Source: a virus
Lineage: Duplodnaviria; Heunggongvirae; Uroviricota; Caudoviricetes
DNA: 64,000 bases
IMG/VR virus record: IMGVR_UViG_2909739949_000002
Location: 18,529-82,528 of that record
Reading direction: 5' to 3' (one strand)
In this document: positions 10,157 through 20,047 of the stretch, piece after piece
Position numbering within the stretch: the first letter of the stretch is position 1
How the letters are laid out: each line of letters starts with the position of its first letter
The notes under the pieces: model-generated
Told to the model about the DNA's origin: nothing
Databases searched by the model: none
The model's input: the letters and a program-made list of their open reading frames with translations, nothing else
Program-made: the position numbers and the translations under genes

Positions 10157-10210
10157 GTATACCTACCCATCAATCAACAATTGGTAAAAATATCTCCAGG
10201 AGAGAGTCAG

Positions 10211-10483
10211 ATGAGAAAGGTATTAGTGGTTGGGTTAGTAGTTGGTTTAGTAATTGGTAGTAATGTTCCTGTTAGTGCTAAAGAGGCGGCACCTAAATAT
10301 TGCAGTATGAAGGTACTAGGTAAGTGTCTGCAATGGAAGTCCTATAGATGGATTACTAAAAGTACCTATAAAACTGATGATGCATTAGAATGTGCATCAG
10401 GAAATGATAAGTTCCTTGGTGGTGGTCGTTATGTTGGCGGCTCTTGTATTGCTGGTTTGAAGAAAGGCTATTGGGGTAGATGA
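10211..10483 (+). CDS. secreted Cys-containing small protein
   Basis: GGAGAGAG SD; signal peptide MRKVLVVGLVVGLVIGSNVPVSA. Confidence 0.5.
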   Translation: MRKVLVVGLVVGLVIGSNVPVSAKEAAPKYCSMKVLGKCLQWKSYRWITKSTYKTDDALECASGNDKFLGGGRYVGGSCIAGLKKGYWGR

Positions 10484-10582
10484 GATATAGAAGGGGCTGG
10501 TAAATAGTCTAGATAGGTATAGTATGTTTCTATTGATTCAAAAGGAAATGTACTATACTTAACTAGATTAGGTTAATGGTGA

Positions 10583-10605
10583 TAGGCGGCGATACTAGCC
10601 GCCTA
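10583..10605 (+). terminator. GGCGGC-GATACTA-GCCGCC hairpin (family A)
   Basis: perfect 6-8 bp GC stem, 7-nt loop. Confidence 0.45.
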
Positions 10606-10642
10606 GTTAGGTTAAGTAGATTAGTTAGTGGAGGATGAGGAT

Positions 10643-10945
10643 ATGGCTTATTTCTTAAAGAAGACAAATAACAAGTTAACTACACGTAATATTAGTTATA
10701 TTCTGGTACCAGATTCGTTAAAGGATATTGAAGCTGTAGTAGAGTTCCTTGACCCGCACAATGTTTGTGATTTTGAAATGTGCGGGGATGAAGTGCTGAA
10801 GGAAGTGGGTAGCGAGAATGGTATTGTTAAGGCCCAACTAGATATCCTCTCTGCGGAAGGAGTAGAAAAGATTAAGGATATTGTAGCGAGGCGGCAAGAA
10901 GAAGAGATCCCCCTTCTACCTAAGACTGATATGGGAACCTGGTGA
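10643..10945 (+). CDS. hypothetical protein
   Basis: GGAGGATGAGG SD before ATG; track start at 10628 is GTG. Confidence 0.45.
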   Translation: MAYFLKKTNNKLTTRNISYILVPDSLKDIEAVVEFLDPHNVCDFEMCGDEVLKEVGSENGIVKAQLDILSAEGVEKIKDIVARRQEEEIPLLPKTDMGTW

Positions 10946-10950
10946 TAGTT

Positions 10951-11012
10951 AAATAGATACATTCTTCTATTAGAGATAGTATTACCTCATTAGAAGAATG
11001 TATCTATTTAAA
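10951..11012. repeat. 20-bp-stem hairpin AAATAGATACATTCTTCTAA...TTAGAAGAATGTATCTATTT (family B)
   Basis: perfect inverted repeat directly after stop codon. Confidence 0.55.
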
Positions 11013-11054
11013 TAGTATTATTAACAGTTCTATTTAAAGTTATTGGAGGATGAG

Positions 11055-11930
11055 ATGGTTACTGTTAAATTAGATGAGAGTTACGGTTTACCCATAGGTG
11101 CTAATTATGTAGATAGCTTATCTTTAATCTACGTATTAGATGGGGAGGTACATATTGTTTCTCCTGATAGAATCAATAATAGAGTTATTAAATTTCCTAG
11201 AAGTGCGGTACCTAATCTAAAAGAGAGAATAAGTGAGGCTACTCAAAGTGATGATAGTAACCTAGCACTAAAACTAGGAGAGGAGTTAGTTGAAGCTTTA
11301 ATAGGCGAAGAGAAAGCTTGTGAGTTAGCTGGTAGATTGATTAGCCTTCTAGAAGAACAGAATAGATTTCTGTTAAATGTTGAGTTTGAATCAACAGATG
11401 ATATTATTACCAAGATTAATAAGCTTAGAAATGCTAATCCCTCATTAGGTCTAAAGGAAGCTAGAGACTTAGCAGAGAATGGGGTATCTGCCTTAAAGGT
11501 ATATCTATTACCTGAATCATTTCCATATCCTAGTGAATATGGAGAAGGGCGGCTTGTTTGGGTTAATGGGTATGGTCTGGTGCCCCTAGAAATATGGCAC
11601 CAACAAAAACATATCCCCTACTCAGTAGAGGTTATATTGGATACTACTCCTACTCACTTTAATCTAAGTGACTATGGTATTCTAAACGCTTGGAATGAGA
11701 AGGTAGAATATACCTTTAGATTAAAGGAAGGGGTAGATAAACCAACCACCTTTACTGTACTAGAAGAAGGTGAGACCCCAACTGGTGAAATAGTATCTTC
11801 TTTAGTAGAAGCTTCTTCTATTGAAGAAGCTATTAAAGTATGGGAAGTGTATCAGAAAGGGCTTGATAAAGCTAATAGCTTATGGAGTGAACGGTTAGGA
11901 GAACTAGCTGAGAACTTCAAAGTTAAGTAA
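11055..11930 (+). CDS. hypothetical protein
   Basis: GGAGGATGAG SD; track start 11043 is TTG. Confidence 0.5.
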   Translation: MVTVKLDESYGLPIGANYVDSLSLIYVLDGEVHIVSPDRINNRVIKFPRSAVPNLKERISEATQSDDSNLALKLGEELVEALIGEEKACELAGRLISLLEEQNRFLLNVEFESTDDIITKINKLRNANPSLGLKEARDLAENGVSALKVYLLPESFPYPSEYGEGRLVWVNGYGLVPLEIWHQQKHIPYSVEVILDTTPTHFNLSDYGILNAWNEKVEYTFRLKEGVDKPTTFTVLEEGETPTGEIVSSLVEASSIEEAIKVWEVYQKGLDKANSLWSERLGELAENFKVK

Positions 11931-11940
11931 TTGGTTAATT

Positions 11941-11998
11941 ACTAGGTAGATATTATGTCTGTATTATCTTCATTAGAAAGATGTAATATCTATCTAGT
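11941..11998. repeat. long hairpin ACTAGGTAGATATTA...TAATATCTATCTAGT (family B)
   Basis: 15-bp stem, homolog of element at 9430. Confidence 0.5.
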
Positions 11999-12013
11999 AT
12001 TAGTTAAATAGAA

Positions 12014-12036
12014 TAGGCGGATATAAAGCCGCCTTC
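12014..12036 (+). terminator. GGCGG-ATATAAA-GCCGCC hairpin (family A)
   Basis: GC stem, AT loop. Confidence 0.4.
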
Positions 12037-12113
12037 ATTAGGAATGATTACTAGTTAAATATAGTATTCTTCCTATTGGATTTACAGTTACACATTAGTA
12101 AGGAGTTAGTGAG

Positions 12114-12506
12114 ATGAGTATTAATATCTATAACGGCACCCAACATACAATTAACATATTTTCTAAGGAAGATACTATAGCAGTACAAGGAGGGCGCAAG
12201 TTAATTCTTAAAGAAGAAGCAGTACCTATTAAAATAATACTAGCTGGTACTAACTTAAATGCTCAAACTGGTAATCTACCAGCCCCCTCATTAGATACTG
12301 ATATTCCCCTCTATGGTGGGGTCACTTTTACAAGTCATGACCCCTTACCTGAAGGATATGATATCTATATCGTATCTAATCTCTTTAGAAGTGCAGTAAA
12401 AGAATTAGGCGGGGATACTAGCCGCCTCGCTACTGTCTTCGGCACTGTCTATGCTAGTGAAGAAGATATGCGTCCATGTGGCTGTCTAGGTCTCTCAGTA
12501 GGTTAG
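12114..12506 (+). CDS. hypothetical protein
   Basis: AAGGAG SD; contains a family-A hairpin (GGCGGGGATACTAGCCGCC at 12408-12427) inside the ORF. Confidence 0.45.
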   Translation: MSINIYNGTQHTINIFSKEDTIAVQGGRKLILKEEAVPIKIILAGTNLNAQTGNLPAPSLDTDIPLYGGVTFTSHDPLPEGYDIYIVSNLFRSAVKELGGDTSRLATVFGTVYASEEDMRPCGCLGLSVG

Positions 12507-12644
12507 CTTATTCTCATTAGATAATAGTTATTAATTAAATAGACCCCTAACTAGACTAGTTAATAGAATAGAAAGGGGTCTATTTAATTAATCTATTAAA
12601 GTATAGAACTTCTTCTAATGAATCTAATTTAAGGAGACATTTAA

Positions 12645-12869
12645 TTGGCTAAGATAAAAGACCCTAATAGATGGGGATGGTTAACTACTATGTTAGGTTA
12701 TATAGTAGTTTGGGGTGGCGCATTTAGTATTGTAGGAGGGATAGTATTCTTCTTATGGAACAATATCCTTATTAAGACTGGACTAATGATAGTTCCCCTC
12801 AATCCAGTAGAAGCTTTCCTATTAGGAACATTAATAGTTTGCCTCCATCAATTATGGATGCATAGATAA
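12645..12869 (+). CDS. small membrane protein
   Basis: TTG start with AAGGAGA SD; two TM helices. Confidence 0.4.
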   Translation: MAKIKDPNRWGWLTTMLGYIVVWGGAFSIVGGIVFFLWNNILIKTGLMIVPLNPVEAFLLGTLIVCLHQLWMHR

Positions 12870-13020
12870 AACCTACCTGATGAGTCTCCTGACTAGAGAC
12901 GAAACTATCTAGTAACTTACTAGATAGTAGTAGGAAGTCATTCTTCCTATGGTTTGCATATTTCTTATATCCCTTAGTAGAAATACTAGGGGGTATTTCT
13001 TTTAATTTAATGGAGGGGAT

Positions 13021-13305
13021 ATGAAAGTAGTTTGGGAATATATTAAAGTACTATCTAAGTTTGGTCTATTAGGATTAGGTATATTAGCTATTATCTATTT
13101 AATATCATTGGGACTACCTAATGATGATAACTACCTAGAGGCTTTAGATAAAGCTGGTTATTCTAATGCTTCGTTAGTAGAAGGTTTTACAACCTGTGCT
13201 TATGGTGAATGGGGGAAGAATTTTACTGCTGTTGTTAATGAAAAACAGATAGAAGGTTCTATTTGTAAAGGTAGTGGCTTCAAAGGGTATACAGTAAGAT
13301 TCTAA
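13021..13305 (+). CDS. hypothetical protein with N-terminal TM/signal
   Basis: GGAGGGG SD. Confidence 0.5.
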   Translation: MKVVWEYIKVLSKFGLLGLGILAIIYLISLGLPNDDNYLEALDKAGYSNASLVEGFTTCAYGEWGKNFTAVVNEKQIEGSICKGSGFKGYTVRF

Positions 13306-13320
13306 AAGTAAATATGACAA

Positions 13321-13352
13321 TACTACCTATTAAGTAAATCTAATAGGTAGTA
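13321..13352. repeat. 12-bp perfect hairpin TACTACCTATTA-AGTAAAT-CTAATAGGTAGTA (family B)
   Basis: directly after stop of 13021 gene. Confidence 0.55.
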
Positions 13353-13797
13353 CACAACAATATCTCTAAAGAAATCAATAGAGATGGGTGAAGAGAGTAT
13401 TTAAAACAATATTTATAAGATACTCCTACTACGAGTAGAAGTTATAAAACAATAAAATATAATTTTATATTTATTCAACGATAAATATAAATGAAATGTT
13501 TATTAATGTTAGCTTTCTCGTCAGTCTACACCCCAGACCACTCATCTCCCGATCCCATTAACTCATCTATATGGTGTTTAGAAGGTTTATTTAATAATCT
13601 TATCTCTCTACTAGTTGAGGTCTTGCTCATTTCTCCAGGACTATTAATGTAGTAGATTATGGGCTCTAGGCCGAATATACACGCCTCATGGCTCACTAAC
13701 TTAGTTTGAGATGGATTATTTAATTAAGCTTTCTATATACCCTATATAACTATAGGGAAGGTTGAAGAAAGTGGGCATTTATTTAATAAGGAGGAAT

Positions 13798-13917
13798 ATG
13801 ATTTTATTCACAAGAGTAGCCATAGTAACAATCCTAGTTATAACTGTGGTTACCTACGGAGGTAAAGTAATCCCTAATACTAATAACTGTACACCTTCTC
13901 AAGAGGTTAGTAAGTAA
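13798..13917 (+). CDS. small membrane protein (39 aa), not in ORF track
   Basis: AAGGAGGAAT SD; MILFTRVAIVTILVITVVTYGG. Confidence 0.35.
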   Translation: MILFTRVAIVTILVITVVTYGGKVIPNTNNCTPSQEVSK

Positions 13918-14186
13918 TGACTACTATTGATAGGGTAGAAGTTAAGGTAGTTAATCTAAGAGCCTTTCTAGTAGAGAAAGTTCTTTCTATTAGGGAGATA
14001 GGTAATATCTCTAAAGAAGTATCGAAAAAAGGTTCTAGAGTAATGACTACTAAAAGTAGTAATGGGATTACTGTATTTACTTTAGGTAAGTGTAGTAATG
14101 TAGAGATTGCGTCTAGATGTGCCGTCGAATATCTTAATAAGGAGAATAATAATGAGTCACTTCCAACCAGTTCAAACAGATATTAA
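13917..14186 (+). CDS. hypothetical protein
   Basis: GAGG SD; overlaps next gene by 35 nt. Confidence 0.4.
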   Translation: MTTIDRVEVKVVNLRAFLVEKVLSIREIGNISKEVSKKGSRVMTTKSSNGITVFTLGKCSNVEIASRCAVEYLNKENNNESLPTSSNRY

Positions 14187-14535
14187 AGTGTCAGATAAAA
14201 GATTACTGATTCAAGCAATCAGTAACCAGCCTCAGATTAAAGAGGTGAAAGAGCGGCATCACATTAGAGGATATTACCAAAGTGTAGTATTGCCTGTGGA
14301 TATTGCGGGGCTTATGGAGGGTCAATATGATATCGGTTATATTGCTCAAGGAGATAAGTATATAATGACCGCCGATTTATCTATGGGTAACTGTGGAGGT
14401 AATGGAGAAGTTAGTAGTTCTTTGAGTGAACTAAATGCCGCCATTATTAAAGAGTATCTAAGACTATCTGCATTTGAGCTAGGTAGTAAAGGTAGAGCCC
14501 TAGAGGGTAGTCATATCTCAGTTAGTGTTAGTTAG
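14152..14535 (+). CDS. hypothetical protein, MSHF paralog (module copy 1)
   Basis: AAGGAG SD; N-terminus MSHFQPV similar to 16684 ORF MSHFHAV. Confidence 0.45.
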   Translation: MSHFQPVQTDIKVSDKRLLIQAISNQPQIKEVKERHHIRGYYQSVVLPVDIAGLMEGQYDIGYIAQGDKYIMTADLSMGNCGGNGEVSSSLSELNAAIIKEYLRLSAFELGSKGRALEGSHISVSVS

Positions 14536-14544
14536 ATTAATTAA

Positions 14545-14571
14545 TCCCTAGTAGGAATCTTCTATTAGGGA
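14545..14571. repeat. hairpin CCCTAGTAG-GAATCTT-CTATTAGGG (family B)
   Basis: 9-bp stem with one G.T. Confidence 0.45.
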
Positions 14572-14599
14572 TAAATTATTTATTTAAATGGAGGGGGAT

Positions 14600-15103
14600 A
14601 TGATTTGTAATGGATGTAAGTACTATAATCCTTCTGGTGAAGGTTACTGTGGTAAAGGTTATCTTCCAAAGGAGATGAAGAATGAGAAGGAGTGTCCTAG
14701 TAAAGAAGAAGGTAAGCCGCCCTCATTGACTATTCAGGCTGTCAATGTACGAGTTACTCAATGTAATCTCTATAGGAATGAAGGAAGACAATCTCAAATC
14801 CCCAAGGGGTGGAAAGAACTATATAGCATTATCCATTGGGAGATGAGTAAGAAGAAAATAGGGAGAGAGAGATTAGTAACTCTAATAGTAGAAACTGCTA
14901 GTTCTGCACCACTTATTAGTAAAGTAAGGGAAAGGTTTAATTTTCTAGACTCTAGGATAGAGGAAGAGATCTATCCACCCTTCAGAAGAATTACATTCAA
15001 GTGGAAGGAATCACCTACTGTTTCTTTTAGTAGGAGGAGAAAGAAGGTTAAGGGTTATCTACCTTATCCATTAGATAGTAAACCTATTCTAGTGAATAGA
15101 TAA
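14600..15103 (+). CDS. CxxC zinc-ribbon-like protein, paralog of 17079 ORF (module copy 1)
   Basis: GGAGGGGG SD; MICNGCKYYN and IPKGW motifs shared with 17079. Confidence 0.5.
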   Translation: MICNGCKYYNPSGEGYCGKGYLPKEMKNEKECPSKEEGKPPSLTIQAVNVRVTQCNLYRNEGRQSQIPKGWKELYSIIHWEMSKKKIGRERLVTLIVETASSAPLISKVRERFNFLDSRIEEEIYPPFRRITFKWKESPTVSFSRRRKKVKGYLPYPLDSKPILVNR

Positions 15104-15330
15104 ATCTTCTTTAGAGGGTAGTTACTAGTAATAGTATTACCTTCTAATGAGGAGGATTAACTCCTTAGTTATGCAGGTTCAAGTTACCTATTCCTGTTGA
15201 AACTAAAGCTCAGGTAGGAGTAGCTAACCTATCCTAAGTAGGTAGTTGGTAACTAGTCCTCTAATATAGGTTCCTCTAATATTTAGTCTAGTGGCTCTTC
15301 TATATAATCTATAGGGTATAGAACAAGTGC

Positions 15331-15354
15331 TAGGCGGGTATTAAAGCCGCCTAT
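15331..15354 (+). terminator. TAGGCGGG-TATTAAA-GCCGCCTA hairpin (family A)
   Basis: GC stem in 470-bp intergenic region. Confidence 0.4.
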
Positions 15355-15577
15355 ATGAACTCCTGTTAATAGCAAGGAGAGAGGTGAGTAGAGTATATAT
15401 TGCTATTGTCTGCCATGTGCAGAGTCGGCTTCTTAGTCTGTAAAGGCTAAGTTCAAAGAAATATATAAAAGAGAAGGGTATCGGCTATCAGCCCTTAATA
15501 TCCCTAGTAGATATACAGCTATTAGGGATTAAGATAGCCCCTATTGAATACCTTTGTTATGAACAAAGGAGTCTATT

Positions 15578-16252
15578 ATGCCTAGTTTATTTGGTCTTAA
15601 AGCCATGATTGATCTGAGATCAGAGATATCTCGATCAGTTATGGAACTAAGTTGGAGAGATAACAAAGAGCAGTTCATAGCTCTTACTTGTTATGCGGGG
15701 GATAAAAGATTTGTTGGCAGCAAGAATATATTCAGATCAATGTTCTGCTTCATAGCAGAAAGGGATCTAGAAGTAGCTAAAGCTATCATAAGAAAGATAC
15801 CTTACCTAATTAACTGGGGTGAGGTAGTTAAGTTAATTGATGAGATAGATAATGAAGAGTTAGCTATCTATGCAGCATTGTTCTATGCGACAGTTCTAAG
15901 AGTCAGGAAGGATAGGTTAGCTATTAAATGGGCCCCTAGAGAGGGTAAAAGATTTCAAAGGGCTAGAAAGCTAATTATGGCTCAATTAGGAATTACTAGA
16001 AATAGTGAGTATAGAAAGTTCTTAGCTGAGTTAAATAAGGAATATGATACTTCCCTAGAAACCCTTATGTGTGAAGGGAGATGGGAAGATATTAATTATA
16101 CTCTTATCAGTAAGAGAGCCTTTACCTTATATAAGAATGCGTTTATTAAACATGATGGTAGGAGGGTAAGACTCTATCATCATGAGGATAGTAATAGAAG
16201 GAACTTCTTACAAATGGAGATTCTAATAACTAAGGAGGGATACAAGATATGA
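15578..16252 (+). CDS. hypothetical protein
   Basis: AAGGAG SD. Confidence 0.5.
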   Translation: MPSLFGLKAMIDLRSEISRSVMELSWRDNKEQFIALTCYAGDKRFVGSKNIFRSMFCFIAERDLEVAKAIIRKIPYLINWGEVVKLIDEIDNEELAIYAALFYATVLRVRKDRLAIKWAPREGKRFQRARKLIMAQLGITRNSEYRKFLAELNKEYDTSLETLMCEGRWEDINYTLISKRAFTLYKNAFIKHDGRRVRLYHHEDSNRRNFLQMEILITKEGYKI

Positions 16253-16428
16253 AATCAGAAGATCAATATAATAGGGCACAAGAGAAACATCACCCTATTA
16301 GAAGCAATTTTGGAAATGTTTTAGCAGTAGGTATAGGTCTATTACTTATACTATTTCCCTTATGGGGATTACAAGAGGCTAATAGAAGAATGGAAAAACC
16401 TATTAAGATAGAGTTACCTAACAAGTAG
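16249..16428 (+). CDS. small membrane protein (59 aa), not in ORF track
   Basis: ATGA overlap with upstream stop; AAGGAGGGA SD; TM helix. Confidence 0.4.
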   Translation: MKSEDQYNRAQEKHHPIRSNFGNVLAVGIGLLLILFPLWGLQEANRRMEKPIKIELPNK

Positions 16429-16440
16429 AAATATAAAGTT

Positions 16441-16477
16441 TATCTATTAGGGTTTAGTACCTTTATCTAATAGATAT
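16441..16477. repeat. hairpin TATCTATTAG...CTAATAGATA (family B)
   Basis: 10-bp stem, 16-nt loop. Confidence 0.5.
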
Positions 16478-16564
16478 GTCAATCTCCTAGTGAATAAAGG
16501 TACTTTCTTGGTAGCTTTGCCTCATACTTCAACAAAGAATGGTAGCTTAGTTTAGTTAATAAAA

Positions 16565-16597
16565 CCTATTAGAGTTTTACGGGTGTTATCTAATAGA
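16565..16597. repeat. hairpin CTATTAGA...TCTAATAG (family B)
   Basis: 8-bp stem. Confidence 0.45.
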
Positions 16598-16683
16598 CAT
16601 AGGTGTAATTCCTATAGTTACCAAATGGTGTATGTGACCCAGCGATTACAGAACACCCCTTTCTTAAATATAGGTAGATTAAC

Positions 16684-17082
16684 ATGAGCCATTTCCATGC
16701 AGTTATTACTCAACTAAAGAATAAGGAAAGATTGATCAAGGCTTGTGAGAAGGTAGGGGCGGGCCCTGTTATCTCACAAGATGGGTTAATTAGAGGTTAC
16801 AATGGGCAGGTTAGACCTGCTGATATCGTTCTAAATATCGTAGATAGTATCTATGATATGGGATTCGATTGGGTTCCAGAGGAGGGAGTCTACCAAGTAG
16901 TTGGTGATTGGAGTGGGTTAGCAAATAGCTGTAGAGCATTATCTAATGGAGAGAGAGAAGGTAATTCTCTAGAGCAGATATTTAATCGTATCTGTCAGAT
17001 ATATGCCCAACTAGGAATAGAAGAAGCTACTGTAGGTGGCAAGGTTGGTAGTAGTGCTAATGTCTCTATTAATGTGGGATGA
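16684..17082 (+). CDS. hypothetical protein, MSHF paralog (module copy 2)
   Basis: paralog of 14152 ORF. Confidence 0.45.
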   Translation: MSHFHAVITQLKNKERLIKACEKVGAGPVISQDGLIRGYNGQVRPADIVLNIVDSIYDMGFDWVPEEGVYQVVGDWSGLANSCRALSNGEREGNSLEQIFNRICQIYAQLGIEEATVGGKVGSSANVSINVG

Positions 17083-17531
17083 GCATTTGTAATAAATGTA
17101 TCTATAATGCTGGTTACTTCTGTTCTTTAGGAATAAAGGAGAGAGGGGAGTTAAAGGAATGTTTGTTTAAAGATGAGAGACCAGTTAAGTTAATAGAGAA
17201 GCCTTATGGAAGTAGATATCTATTCATTAGGAAATATCCTAAAGAGCAGATACCTAAAGGCTTTCGGGATATTACTGTTCACTATGAAGTGAAGAGAACT
17301 AGGCTAAAAAGTAAATGGAGAAAGGTAGAGATTAACTGGGTAGTTAATTATGAAGATGATGGAAAGGGCTACTTTAAAGTTCTAGATTATCTTTCTATTA
17401 ATTACTTTAGATATAAGACTAGGAACTTTAAACATAGATGGAAAGTAGAACATATGAATAGGAGAAAATATTTAGAGATTAGATTCTCTGTTGAAATCCA
17501 TAAGTATGTTCCTAGTCTACCTGTAATCTAG
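17079..17531 (+). CDS. CxxC zinc-ribbon-like protein (module copy 2)
   Basis: ATGA overlap; MSICNKCIYN; paralog of 14600. Confidence 0.5.
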   Translation: MSICNKCIYNAGYFCSLGIKERGELKECLFKDERPVKLIEKPYGSRYLFIRKYPKEQIPKGFRDITVHYEVKRTRLKSKWRKVEINWVVNYEDDGKGYFKVLDYLSINYFRYKTRNFKHRWKVEHMNRRKYLEIRFSVEIHKYVPSLPVI

Positions 17532-18269
17532 GGCGGGCTTCATTAGACGTTCCCTAATGTATAACCTAGATAGGAGTATAAGAGCTGGCTTCTAGGTCTT
17601 CTCTAGTAACGATTCTTACCAGCGTCATGGTTAATCCTCAATCCAAATAAGAGTAATAATGAAGAATAAGACTAGCAATTGGAGGTGGATACCTATCCGC
17701 TCCTCTGACTCAATAAGAGGAAGTAAATATAAAGTAATGAGTCTATTCTCTATCGACCCATCTAGATAGAGAAGAACTAGATGGCAATTCCTATAAGGAG
17801 TATTCTTATATAATCTATTAGGAATGGGTAGATTATATAAGATAGGTAGTCGGTTTAAGGCCGCCTTCTATTCATTAATTATCCTATTAATATGGGCTAG
17901 CCTTTAGGGTGAATTAGGAGAAGTAAGTTCAACTCTTACTACTACCATTAATAATGATAGCTATATCCCAATAGAAGGATTTATTAACTATACTAGGACT
18001 CTTCCCTATTGATACCTAGTATTAGTAGCACTGTAATAGGCTTTTATAACTGGAAGTTAATGAGAAACTACCATACCATTACATGACTTCATCCTTTATA
18101 AGTAGTGGTCAAGTTCAAAGGGGTTGAGTTTTATAGGTTTTAGTGAGAAACCATCTTCTATCTAAGGTTGTTAATTAGTAGGATAGTCGGATAGGAATTA
18201 ACTGTGCCTTTATTAATACCTATTTAATAAAGGTGAGTAGAATCTAGGAAAGGTAACTATAAGTTACAT

Positions 18270-18347
18270 TCTTCTATTAGAGAAAGATAATTGAAGATGA
18301 GAAGGGAACTCATTAGAGATTAATGAATATCTAATAGAAGGATAATC
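18270..18347. repeat. long-range hairpin TTCTTCTATTAG...CTAATAGAAGGA (family B)
   Basis: 12-bp stem with nested CATTAGAG/CTAATAG. Confidence 0.45.
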
Positions 18348-18367
18348 TAATTAATTTAAGGAAGGTG

Positions 18368-18541
18368 ATGAAACTAATTAAGTTTGCCTTCTTTCCTCTA
18401 TTCCTAGTTATGTATCTAATATCTCCTAAGAGAAATATAAAGAAGGAGATAGAAAAAGAGGTATCTAGAAAGATAGAAGAAGGAGACCCACCCCCAGGTA
18501 TTATCTGGGAGTGGGAAATAGAAGATGGGGAAGATGAATAG
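18368..18541 (+). CDS. small membrane protein (57 aa), not in ORF track
   Basis: AAGGAAGGTG SD; TM N-terminus, acidic C-terminus. Confidence 0.4.
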   Translation: MKLIKFAFFPLFLVMYLISPKRNIKKEIEKEVSRKIEEGDPPPGIIWEWEIEDGEDE

Positions 18542-18602
18542 TAAATAGATAGTAGATTAGTTTAATATCAGGGTTAATATTAATTCCTTAAGGAAAGAAA
18601 CA

Positions 18603-18734
18603 ATGAGATATCTACTTTATATAGCTATTCCTCTAATAGTCTATTGGACTATTGGTAGTTCATTTACTAGTCTAGTTACTAGTAATACTAATTCCCTTAT
18701 AGAGAAAAGGGTGATGGTGAATATAGATGAGTAA
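18603..18734 (+). CDS. small membrane protein (43 aa)
   Basis: AAGGAAAG SD; TM helix. Confidence 0.35.
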   Translation: MRYLLYIAIPLIVYWTIGSSFTSLVTSNTNSLIEKRVMVNIDE

Positions 18735-18742
18735 GGAGAAGT

Positions 18743-19069
18743 ATGACTCAACAGAGAGTAGTAGTAGTTCCTAAACCTAAGAGTAGTGGTAGTAGAGAGG
18801 TTCCTTGGAAGCCTCTCATTTATTTTGGGGTGATATTTACATGCGGCAACTTATGGGTAGCTAATAGTAATATTAGTCTTCCTAGGGGACACGTAATGTA
18901 CCAACCTCTACAAATAAGTAGAGCCGTCTTTAGAGTTAAAGCTGGCAATAGACTAACTCACGGTGATTGTGCCCTAATTAAGTCTAGAGGTGAAAGAAGT
19001 AATGAATGTGATCTTCTCTTGCTAAGAGAAGAAAGAAGACGGAACCAACAGATGAGAGGAGATAAGTAG
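18743..19069 (+). CDS. hypothetical protein
   Basis: AAGGAGAAG SD. Confidence 0.5.
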   Translation: MTQQRVVVVPKPKSSGSREVPWKPLIYFGVIFTCGNLWVANSNISLPRGHVMYQPLQISRAVFRVKAGNRLTHGDCALIKSRGERSNECDLLLLREERRRNQQMRGDK

Positions 19070-19357
19070 ATGATTGAAGGTAAAGATATCGTTAAAGCTA
19101 TTACAGAACCTAGCCCTCAAGAAAAGAAACTACATCCCTATATCATTGGCATTCTAGGTATAGCTATTGCTGTTGTAGTAGTTAAGGGCCCTATAGATAA
19201 GAATGCAAAGAAGGTAGAACCTATGCCTGTATTATCTCAAGAATGCGTCACAGAAGTAATTCAACAGAAAAGTATTCCAATGAGTGATGAATGTAAGAAG
19301 CAGAATGAAGCTCTTACTAAATGGAATAGAACCTTAGGAGGTACTGTCAATGAATAA
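19070..19357 (+). CDS. hypothetical membrane protein
   Basis: coupled start; TM helix. Confidence 0.45.
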   Translation: MIEGKDIVKAITEPSPQEKKLHPYIIGILGIAIAVVVVKGPIDKNAKKVEPMPVLSQECVTEVIQQKSIPMSDECKKQNEALTKWNRTLGGTVNE

Positions 19358-19532
19358 ACTCACCCCCCAACAAATAGCTTACATAAAGAAAATACAAAGG
19401 AATAGAGACGGGGTTAATAGAGTATTCCTTACTATGTTCTTAATACTAGCTCTAGTAGGAGTATATAACTGGGTTAAATGGGGCACTCCAGTTCCTCAAC
19501 ATAGGATAGAGAATGGAAAGATTCTTAGATAA
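19350..19532 (+). CDS. small membrane protein
   Basis: overlapping start; TM helix. Confidence 0.4.
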   Translation: MNKLTPQQIAYIKKIQRNRDGVNRVFLTMFLILALVGVYNWVKWGTPVPQHRIENGKILR

Positions 19533-19746
19533 TATTCTTACCCACGTAGTAAATGGGATATTAACTATAGTGGGTCTATGGTTCCTATTAGGTATATATA
19601 ATCTCCATAAGAGAAGAACTATACCTAATAGTAAGAAGGTAGCTAATAAGATAGCCGCCTTATCACAAGATATTGAACTACCAGGAGATATAGAACATGG
19701 ATGCGACAGAATGGAAAGAGACTCTGATGCAGGAGATATTCTCTAG
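19513..19746 (+). CDS. small membrane protein
   Basis: TM helix. Confidence 0.4.
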   Translation: MERFLDNILTHVVNGILTIVGLWFLLGIYNLHKRRTIPNSKKVANKIAALSQDIELPGDIEHGCDRMERDSDAGDIL

Positions 19747-20038
19747 CGAATTATGGGAAGATATTGCTGCGGCTACTAGACTTCTAGTAAGAGTCCTATT
19801 AGCTGTAATACTAGTAGGGATATTAATTACATCTTTTGCTAAAGACGTATATCTGCAAGTGAAGGGAAAGTTAGATGAGACAACTAAGCGAGGAACAGTT
19901 CCTTCAACTACAGAAGGAGACGGAGGAAGCATATCAGCTAACTCAGCAGTCCAGTCAGAAGTATTGGAAGAAGAAGAAACAAGTACCGCTAACGAGGGTA
20001 GGGATATTAGATTCCCTATTGGGATTAATACTAGGTGA
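19697..20038 (+). CDS. hypothetical membrane protein
   Basis: GGAG SD; TM helix. Confidence 0.4.
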   Translation: MDATEWKETLMQEIFSSELWEDIAAATRLLVRVLLAVILVGILITSFAKDVYLQVKGKLDETTKRGTVPSTTEGDGGSISANSAVQSEVLEEEETSTANEGRDIRFPIGINTR

Positions 20039-20047
20039 TTAATAAGT

